Shown piece after piece: positions 1 through 10,192 of a stretch of DNA of 64,000 nucleotides. Within the stretch, counting starts at the first letter, position 1, and the number at the start of each line of letters is the position of its first letter. The stretch covers positions 17,670,001 through 17,734,000 of the forward strand of contig OZ281497.1 in the NCBI GenBank assembly GCA_965637545.1, given 5' to 3'. Source of the DNA: Phallusia mammillata. Taxonomy: Eukaryota. Below the pieces are notes generated by a model. The model had not been told where the DNA came from. It did no database searches and saw only the letters and a program-made list of their open reading frames with translations. Made by a program: the position numbers and the translations under genes.

Positions 1-604
1 GACCCAGAAGACACGATTGTCCAAGCCTTCAAACTGCTTGACCCTGAACAAAAGGGAGTCCTCCACAAAGATTAGTGAGTTTCGCTGTCCAAAACCAAGT
101 ATTTTTCAATTATGTGTAACACGACTAACATTATGTACTTTCACAGTATTTCCGGCCTTCTGATGTCACAAGCTGACAAATTCACCAAAGAAGAGGTAAG
201 TTTTTAAAATAAATTCAGATATTTAACTCGAACGTATGATAATAATGCTACGCCGCTAGGTGGCAGCAAGCACAAAACATACGAATACCGTCGACCCATA
301 ACAAAACAAAGTTGTTTGAAGTTGGTACATCCGCTAGGGTTCAAACCGTACAAACAGGATTAAACCAAATGTTATCCAAGTTTGAAATGTAATGCTGTAA
401 TCATGGTTTTAGTTGTTGCGATTTTCAATCCAACTTAAAAGTAGTCGTTTGGCAAGTATGAACCCAAATTTACTTTAACAATAAGGCTCATTATTTTATT
501 CACAGATCGATCAAATGCTGGAAATTGCTCCCGTTGATGTTGCTGGTAACCTTGACTACAAGTCACTGTGTTACATCATTACTCATGGTCAAGAGGAGGA
601 GTAG
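1..604 (+). CDS. Myosin regulatory light chain, copy 1 (5'-truncated by the window edge; exons <1-74, 147-195, 506-604)
   Basis: Spliced translation [73 protein letters not shown] is the C-lobe of a myosin RLC. Donors GTGAGT (75) and GTAAGT (196); CAG acceptors ending at 146 and 505; phases are consistent. Confidence 0.95.
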
Positions 605-900
605 ATTTGCTAAAGCAAAACGCAACCATTTCGCTTCTACGTTTAGCTCGTTTAACTTTGTTTACCTGTATATAAGTTTGTACAAATGTTTTGTCGGCAA
701 GTGGCAGAACTTAAACCTGCTGTAACAAGTAACTTTCGAAGAAACCAAGTTCAGAACCGCAGGGATGGCATTAAAACAGCGGATGGCGCTGTGCGATACG
801 GATGTATTGTGCAGTGCGCAACCGTTGTCTGTCAGTGAATTTCCCGGACGAAGAACGCATGTTGTGTTGTGTAGCTGTTGTTGTGTGACTCGCTAGTCAA

Positions 901-906
901 AATAAA
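901..906 (+). terminator. Candidate polyadenylation signal of RLC copy 1
   Basis: AATAAA about 300 nt after the stop codon at 602-604. Confidence 0.5.
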
Positions 907-2206
907 ACTTGCCACAAAATCTGACTGACCTCGTTTTTTAACACCAGGATTTTAAAGTAAAAAATCGACCTCAAGTTAATTTGAAAACAAATAGGATACC
1001 ATTCAAAACACAATTTAACAACCTTTTTCAATAGATACAAAAAAAACACTGCCAATATTTAAAGTGATTAAAGAACAAACAAATTTTGAAAGCAGCGGAG
1101 TGAAAGCAGACATATTTCTTCAAGCCAAGCAATGATTTGTTTTTTTATATAATTTTGACTTGATAGTATAACAGTTGCAAACAAATTAACATCACCATAA
1201 TAGCAGCTGGCCACACGTTAAATAGAAGTTCAGTGCCGAAAAAAAAACTATTCAAAATTTTTAAGGTTTGATGAAAATGCATTCGATTTCGGCGGTCAAC
1301 CTAAAATTGTTTGATCTATTTGTCAGTGATTACACGGGTTTTCTTGTACCGGCACCTTTTAAGTTTTGTGTCGGCCAGCTTTGATTGGGGGCGATCACAG
1401 GATCCCACGTTTCCACAGCTTGATACCTGAATTTCGGAATGTAGTCGCGTGTTTACCCTCAAAACAAGCGTGAAACAATGTCGGCGCAGAACCAGGCTTT
1501 ATCCAAGCAAAGTGGCCATGGAGGCGGTGGGTTTGATCACGTAACCTAACCCGCTTGCCAGCCAGTTGATACAAATCATCCCAAATCGGGCGAGGGAGAA
1601 TCATTGGGCGCATAATTAGCCGTCGCAATTCTATGGTGCAGTGTGCGCCGATCGCGGTGAGCTATGTTTATGGTATAAACTCGCGACAAGGGAAAGCGGA
1701 CAATGACGCGGCTTAGGAATCATCGACGGTGAAAGATTACCCTGCTGTCGAAGCACCTTTTGCTAACAGTTTTTTTTAAACTGATGTGTCCTTCCGTTGC
1801 TCAAGAATCCGCGAACAATCAATAGTGACGCCGGGTTAGGGCACCCAGCAGCCACGTCCATAACAACGAGAATGTCGTTGCTTTTTGGTCCATCTCAAAT
1901 ACCTTTTGTTGCCAGCCTGTCGAGCCACGTACCCACAGCACTAGCAGCATTCATTTACCGATAAACAACGCGATCTGTTACCAAACATGTCGCAGTATTT
2001 GTGGATGCTCTGCAGTTTCCTTGCCGCCAGCAACGCGGAGTCGTTTACCCTTGAAACCGTGGCGTTTGTTCTGCGTTGTTACGCCAACTGGTTTTTATTC
2101 GCCGGGCACTTGTAAGTCGCGGTGTACACCACCGATTCCGCTGATGTGTAAATCGTGGCTAATGTTTTGCAACCCTGGTTTAACATACTTTAGACAACGG
2201 CGGGAA

Positions 2207-2567
2207 ACTGTTGTGAATCAACGGAGCTGTGGCTGGTAACACACATCGATTATTATCAAAACTCTTTGTAATTGAAAATTGAAACCTTTGGCTAGACTAG
2301 ACAAAATCAACTTTTTACTGAATTGTGTGTGTTTAAAAGTCGTCCAATACACGAACAATATTCTAATTAAAACCATTTTAGTCAAGTGCGAGAGACTGTT
2401 GTGAATCAACGGAGATGTGGTTGGTAACACACGTCAACTATCAAAATTCTTTGCGGTTGGAAAATAAAACATTTTGCTTAAGTAGATAAAATCTTTTTTT
2501 ACTGAATTGTTGGTGTTTTAAAAATCGCTTTATACGAGAACAAAAAACATTATTCTAATTGAAACCC
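2207..2567. repeat. Diverged two-copy direct repeat, period 188 bp
   Basis: ACTGTTGTGAATCAACGGAG...GGTAACACAC...TACTGAATTGT...TATTCTAATT starts at 2207 and again at 2395, with scattered substitutions and indels. Confidence 0.85.
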
Positions 2568-4618
2568 CGACATTAATAGCTTGCGTCCAGTTAGAAACGG
2601 AAAAATGGGAATTGTTTTACTGACATAAAGCTTAAAACAGCAACGTAAGTTATCCCAGTTCAAAAACATCACCTCACACAAATAACTGACAGTGGCAAAC
2701 GCCAGACTTCGCAAAGTGGGTCCAGTAAGATAACAAACATTCACAGATAAACCAACCTGCATTGGCACAGGGATATTGAAGCCACTCATTTTGTGGAGGC
2801 TGCACAATAAGGGACACGTCGGGACGGAATCTACAAAAAATGAAGAAGGTATCGTGAATAGTTTATTTTATGCGATAATTTTTGTACATGTGACGACTGC
2901 TGAAAAGTTTTACTTCTGAACTATCACTGAGATGTGGAATGTTATTTGTAAAATTCGCATAACCAATAGAGCAAAAAAAGGTGCAACAGACTGATGCAAA
3001 ACTTAGACTAATTTAACATCGCAAAGTTACGTTACAGAAAGTGAATCGTTGTAAAGTTAAAACATAATGTTTATCTTTTTTATTATGACGTCATTGTAGC
3101 TAGAAGCAGTAAAGAATTAATCAGTGTAAACATAACAAGGCAAACGGAAGCGTTTGTTTTTGAATGAAATCATTCTCACCTCCTACAAGTAACGATAGTT
3201 TCGAATCAACAGAGCTAGGAACAGCAATACAAGACAAACATTTAATACGCATACTAAGTTGGGGGATACTTGCGAGCTTATTGTTAAATTTGCGTAAGGG
3301 ATCGCCACTTGAAACAAAAGTGTGCCTCTAGCGATAGAAACGTCACGTTACTTGCAAGTTATTATGGGTAAACAATTTAAATAAAAGCGAAAGTTAAGGA
3401 TTTTTTTACATGTAGATTTGCTGTAAGCCAATATACATGAGTAATAATGAACTGCTCGGATTCGTAATATATACAACGCGTTAAATATATGCCGCGATGA
3501 GTCAAACAAAAAGCGCTTTGTGAATGAAACAACACAGTTTTCAGCGAACTTCCGGCACTGACGTCGACGTTGCAATTTTATCAATGACAGCTGGGCTACT
3601 GGTGGAAATGACGTGCCTTGGTCAATACTAAGACAGCGGAATGCATGTATACAAGCAGTATATGTTAAAACACAAATTCCACAAGACTGTATGTTGCAGA
3701 CTATTGTCATTGTCGTAAAATATCATATTCCCAAATGAATTATACTCATTCACTAAGAGTTTCAAACACCAAGCTGGAAATATGACCCTACACAAAAATT
3801 TGGTGGTTCATTCCCGTACGCATTCCATTGTCTGATGAAACTTGATGCGATGATAATAATAATAATTAATCGATGTGGCGTATAACCTTGATCTTTTGGC
3901 TGTAAACTAATACGGGTAGAAATTCATCATTTGTTCGCATCCTGAAACTGTTTATTGTCAACTGATTGATAGACTATTTTTGCAGCGTTCGGTTTCATGT
4001 TAACAATGAGTGATTGGTATTCAGGCGTACATAATAATTGCATTTGCTGCTGCACGGGATAACTTACCCTCCAATTTTTAAACGGTTCGACATTGTGAGT
4101 CCGAATCGGAAGATATCTTAACTGGGGCCGGGTGGGTTAATCCTGTTAGGACAGCACAATACGGATATATAACCGACCATGTGTCTATGCACGCAATACA
4201 GAACATTGTGTTTCGTATGTGGCGACGGCTGTTTGCGTCTACACTCTAAATGCAAGGCGAGCATGTGTTTGGCCGCTCAACGATGCTTGTGACGTAGGGT
4301 AGCAGGTCCCAAGGGATGAAAGTTGTTCGGTCTCTTAGCCACTTATGCGCGCTCCAAGAGCAAACGATAAAGCAAGCAGATGCGGGCGTGTGCTCTCCGT
4401 AACAGCTGTAGCGCCGGTATCCTTAAAAGGCAGCGGTGGTTCCACACACGCTCTCTGATCCCCCTCTGACGAAGAACTAAATATATCGGCACGCCACTTA
4501 GGTCCGTCAGTTTTTCGGTCGTCGAACGATACGAGCCCATCAGTCTAGCTGATAAGCACCCGACGAGCCTTGCAAGGGATTCTGCTGTTTTACCACAGGC
4601 AACTTTTTGCAATCAAAA

Positions 4619-7600
4619 ATGGTGAGTCGCGCCGTTGTTTACCTCGACGTCCGCCCGGTCGTCCGGGCAAGCGGGCGTTAGCTTAGTGAAGGAAGCGGAT
4701 GGTCACACAGGAGAAGTCGTTAGTCAATTTGGGGGTGATCCCGGACAAACACTCGGGCCAAACGTTGATCGTCCTAAGTGATACGTGACATTCGCATATT
4801 GATAAAGGGAAATCGGTAATTGGTAAAGACGGCAACCACAAACAACATTTTAATTGTGACAGCTCTATACAATTTATGGGCTAAGGCAGATTTGACAGCA
4901 CATTTATTCTGACCGAAAAAAGTTACAGCGCTTGTAAACGAGAAAATTTTCCGCACAGGCCAGCCGTAAAACAAAGAAGAAGGAAGGGAGCAAGCAGAGG
5001 TCGCATCGTGCAACTTCCAATGTCTTCTCTATGTTCGATCAATCCCAAATCCAGGAGTTCAAAGAGGTTTGTTGCATGTATTGATTTGCTTGCCCCACCA
5101 AAAAAAAGCGAAGAGTGGCATGTCGGGCAGAGTTTTGCTCGATGTTTGCAGCGGTTGGTGTTGGGATGCGTGACGGTGTGTCGTGATCCGGTACGTGACG
5201 CTCAATGATCGATACCCACCCAGTGGGTGCACAAAGGGATAATATTTTGTTACGTTTCGCCCGCCACTGCCAACATTGACATGTCTATCCCATCCAGGCA
5301 GGGGGGTAGGGACGCCTCGCCAAAGCAGAATCACTTTTAACGGAAACGACAGCTTTGCTAAGGGATGTTCCTGCATCGGGAGCGTGGATTGATAGGCGCC
5401 TATAATGGTAACCACAAACGCCAGTCATAAATCGCCGACCGGTAAATTTGCGGCATCGCTGCTGATAGCCTAACGTAAACACCGCCCAGGCATAGTTGTT
5501 TACGTTAGGCCCGATCACTGATTCAGTGTTAACGCTTTGCGACGCGCCTGGAAGTTGCATGACAAACCTATAAGCGCGGACTTCGTAGAAACTGTTGAGC
5601 GTCGCAAATACAAAAGGCAGCCCAGCGCTGGAAGAACAACGCATATACGGCGAGCCATTGGCGTAAACAACACGGGTGACTTCATCGTGGCGGCAAATCA
5701 CCACGCAAACACAAATAAACATAGTCCAGTGCTCGGAAGACAGGGAAGGACGTAGCGCCGTAGCGAATAACGCCGGAACTACGTATTCACGGCTGAACCG
5801 CGTACAAGAAACCGGATAACACGACTTGTAGAATTTGGGAAAACCAGGCGATGTTACAAGCAAGCGAAGCTGGTGCCGGATAAAGCGCAACAAAACAATA
5901 CCCGAAATAGAGGCTCGGAGTTTCACAAACCGTTTCAGGCACTTGAAGTGCAAACTTATAGGTGGCTGAAATGCGAACATGAAAGTCGTACGAACGGGTG
6001 ATCAGCTCTGTCGATCTTTATTTTCCGCCATCACATTGTGAGCAAACCGAAACTGGCTCAGCTTCAATTTAACGCAAGCCTGATGTTCCACTGGAACCGG
6101 GCAACAATACACCGGACGCAATAGTGACGTAATGACGTATCTTTAAGTTGAACTGATGCACATGCGCATCCTTTTGCCTTGTGTGCACGCGCTTTAAATG
6201 AAGGCTCTCGGGAAGCATAACTACTTGCTCGGTGGAATTGTTCCCAGTCGCAGAAATCGTAACAGCTTCCTGGAAGCATTATTAAATGGCCTTAGGTTAA
6301 TATAATAATGGCAGTAAACTTATGCAGTGTTCATTAACCTACATTGGTGTTGTTACCTTCGACAAAACCAAACTTTATTTCCTATTTTGCACATTGCGTA
6401 ATGGCTACAAGTTACATAGCTGCGGTGGTTTCTGTGTAAATTCCCTTCACCGAATTCCGAAGTATATCTTTAAACACACTACGATTCGCGCAGGCTTTCA
6501 CCATGATTGATGCTAACAGAGACGGGTTCATCGATAAAGAGGATCTCGCCGACACATACGCCTCCTTGGGTAAGTGCGCCGTGCATTAGGGATTACGCAA
6601 GCCGCGCCAGCTGCGACGAGCAGTGCGGGTGCGGCTTCGTCGGTTCCTTTTAGCCTGTGCTATTTAAACTGTTGTACTAAAATGTAAAAACGGTCACCTT
6701 TATGGCTAAAATGCGTGGATGTGTCAGTGACGTATACCCACGCGCACCGAAATACTTTAAGCGATTGCAACCAAATGTTGATTGCAAATTAATAGGTTAA
6801 ATTTAACATGACCAAAGCAGACTGGAAGACTTTTTTCTATACGATATAAATCGTTTAATTAGGAAACATTGCTATGTGGTAACCGAAACTGCTAGAGATA
6901 GACATGTTTGAGGCATATTTTGGGATACGAATTGGTGTTTCACAGTAGGAACTGAATCTAAAAATGAAGCACTAAGTTTTACGACGGTCTGCTTAGGTCG
7001 TGCTGTTGCCGACGACAAAATAGCTGCCATGCTTGAAGAAGGCAAGGGGCCAATCAACTTCCAAGTGTTCCTCGGAATGTTCGGTGACAAAATATCGGGT
7101 AAACCAATTTGTCACCGAAATGCCCCATGCAGCCATTCCATTATTTAATACGTCATTCACCAGTCAACAGATTAACTTATTGCGTCGCCACATTTTCCAC
7201 AGTTCAAAGTCCAAGAACAAGCGTTTTGTTGTTGTACGCAGAAAAGTACAAAACAAAACCGCGTTCTGTCATAACGTTTCACTTCATTTGTCATAAGCAT
7301 CATTGTGATTTGCAAAAAAACAGGAACCACCAGAAGTGACAAAGATCTTGAAGAAATGCTGCAACAGGCGCCTGGTCAACTTAACTTTACAGTTTTTCTG
7401 TCTATGATGGGTGATAAGATTAAAGGTAGCCACGAAACTTAAACTACGCCACTGTTCAAACAGAATGCAACACATAAGGCGGAAGGTTTTGTCCATTATT
7501 ATCAGCGAACACAAACCAAATGAACACAAATGCACGCTTATTTCCGTTTTTGCATGAAATACTACATCACAGATGCGCAACAGAATGTCGCGTTTATATC

Positions 7601-8195
7601 GAAGCCCACAAATTCATTTTTGTCGCAAATTCACTTTGTAAGTTTTTATTACTTGATATAAAGCGTGTTAATCACTTTACGTAACAGGTACGGATCCTGA
7701 GGAAACAATATTAGCGGCGTTCAAGCTTCTTGATGCAGATGACAAAGGGGTGCTTAATAAGAAACTGTAAGTTTGTTTTTGTGTAGCGATATTTATGTTG
7801 ATAGTTTTACTAACGTCAAAAATATTTTTAAGGCTGGCTGACATCCTGACAACTCAAGCTGACCGGTTCAACACATCTGAGGTAAACATTGTAATGTCAG
7901 AAATAATAAATTTTTCCCGGGCGAAAAAGATCTCTTTTGGTAGCCGACAAAGGAGAAGTTTGTCGCGTGCTTTTGGCAGCCTGCAATACCGGAAATAAAA
8001 TACATATGTTTCCTGGTGAAAGTACGCATTGTGTAGCACAGAAGAAAACATTTTGTGGCACTTTCACCTCATGTAACTTCCTTGTTTTGATCTCAGCTTG
8101 CCCAGATGTTTGAAATTGCTCCCATCGATGCAGCCGGCAACCTGGACTACAAGTCGCTCTGTTACATCGTTACGCACGGCCAGGAGGAGGAATAA
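4619..8195 (+). CDS. Myosin regulatory light chain, copy 2 (exons 4619-4621, 4959-5066, 6494-6569, [6997-7098 or 7324-7425], 7688-7766, 7833-7881, 8097-8195; 171 aa with one alternative exon)
   Basis: ATG-only first coding exon followed by GTGAGT. Translation [63 protein letters not shown]/.../[15 protein letters not shown].../[19 protein letters not shown]. Canonical EF-hand 1 loop [12 protein letters not shown]. All junctions are GT-AG and in phase; 516 nt total. Confidence 0.95.
6997..7098 (+). CDS. RLC copy 2 alternative exon 4a (EF-hand 2 region)
   Basis: TTAG|GT CGT...ATA TCG G|GTAAAC; encodes [35 protein letters not shown]; 102 nt, phase 1-1. Confidence 0.85.
7324..7425 (+). CDS. RLC copy 2 alternative exon 4b (EF-hand 2 region, homologous to 4a)
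   Basis: CAG|GA ACC...ATT AAA G|GTAGCC; encodes [35 protein letters not shown]; 102 nt, phase 1-1; aligns without gaps to exon 4a. Confidence 0.85.
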
Positions 8196-10192
8196 ACAGC
8201 CAAACCGGATCAAATAGACTCGTCGTGCGCTTTGCGTACGTCGCAAATCCCTAATATTTTAAAATTTATAGTTGTACGTTTTGTTGCTCAATTTCGGACG
8301 GGGTCATCCCCAAAGTGAAAACGCCCCGCACCTTATATGTTTATGCTTTGACGTGTCACACCCCTTACTCTACTCATTGTCGCAGGTTTAGCGAGTCGTT
8401 ATATGAAATAAGCCTACATGTTTGGACTACACCACCGTTTAAAGTCCCACGTTAAAGGAGCATGCTCAGTCGGACAGGCTTTCTGTATCGTTTTGTCAGG
8501 CAATAAAAGATTTAACTGTTGTCGGGCGCTTGCTTGGCCGGTGTTGGTGGGCCAAGATGGAAGCGCGGGGGTCGGTGTGATCTGTAGGAGTCTTGCCCAC
8601 TTGCAACCTCGCAGGAAATCTTGTCGCTGTGGAGAATTCTTTCCAAATCCAAAACCCAAAACAAGATGACACATGCACTGTGCAGACGGTGTTGGACAGT
8701 GAAGGTGCCGCGAGAACCACCAGCTGCGTTAGTACTGCGCAGCGTTTGGAAATTAGAGATAAAGGAAAACTCTTTTCCGCTCATAGGGTTTTAAACGGCC
8801 GGTGAATCAACGCACGACGCCGAATATCGATCATACGCATTATATAGGTGGGATCGGGTATATTTGAAAAACAAATCGTTTACTGAAAACTTAAAATAAT
8901 AAGAGCCAATCTGTATTTTTTGAAAACCCACTGCTAAAAATGAGCAAAAACGATAGCGATGTTCGAAAATTCGACGCCGTTAAATGGGTGGCTGTCACTG
9001 ACATAAAGAGAAATTAAATGATAACTGCAATGTGGTAGGAGCAAAAAAGATACAGCCACAGAGCAGAGCAAGAGAAAAAAGACAAGACGAAGCACTTCCG
9101 CTGCGCGCACGCTTCCGCTTTTGAATTTTCACAGCGATTGGTGCGCGGCTTATTGTTACGCTCCCTGCTGCGCATGAAACGTTGGGAAGGTAAATGTTGG
9201 GGCGTGATGAAGCGGCGAAACTGGCGGGGCGGGCTAATCGGCGCCCAATATTTTCGCAATGGCGGGATATTTACAATCCGTAGTCCTCTAACGTGGTAGT
9301 GTTGGAAATAGATGTGTGGTATATTTGCCGCACACTTTCGGTGGTTTTGTTCACTAATGTAATCACACAATGAAATTGTATGGAGGCGTTACAATACCAT
9401 GATCAGTATAGGCGGCTCTCGCTGCTGAGAGCAACGAGGGCACGTTACATACGCAAAAGGAAATGAGTCGACGTGCAGCAGGCGAAGGCCGGTAGCGTAC
9501 GAAGAAGCGCACACGCACAAAGATGGGCGCCCAGCAGCAGCAGAATAGTATAGGCAGCCGGTTGCATGCAAATGGTTGGTAAGCGAGAGATAGATCGCAC
9601 AGCAGCATATGTCGCCATCGCGACTGCGGAACAAAGGCAGCGGTAGAGCAGAGGCCGGCTGCGACAAACTGCAGGACAAGGTGGATGTTGGCAATGCGAC
9701 CAACTAATAATATTTTTTTCTTGATTTCATGTTCACGCAGGTTATGTAAGATAGAAAGGTGGAGAGTTTGCTGGTAAACTGCGAATGGCATCTTCACGCA
9801 CGTGTATTTAATTAACAGTTTTTGCAGCACAAAAATGAAATAAAAGGTAAGCTAATAGAATCTTTATACAATTACATTTGCAAAACGAAGGACACATTTA
9901 CAAACTTTTAAACAAAGATAAAGAAACGTCAATAAATGGGCAGGAGCGATATTAACTAAGAGCAATAGCTCCAATTGTTCCGCGTTTATGTAACGATTTC
10001 AATGTATTGCAATATTTTGTTTTCTATTGCGCAGTTTTTTCCTGTAACATGAATGAATCAGGAAGACCGTGCAAAAAAGCAACCCAACCATAACGTACTG
10101 AAATTGGATGTATATTTGAGCGCTAAAAAGAAAGAAAGTCGCAGAAAAGCGGGAACTTCACGTCCAAAAAAATTTGCGGTTTTTAGAACAAA

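Noticed and set aside
5285-5980. 231-aa minus-strand ORF, the longest unexplained ORF in the track
   Set aside because: It lies antisense within RLC2 intron 2, with no recognisable domain or compositional signature. Treated as a chance ORF in a GC-richer intron, though a BLASTP could not be run.
8414-8805. Overlapping ORFs in several frames downstream of RLC2
   Set aside because: No recognisable homology or consistent splice structure; explained by locally higher GC content.
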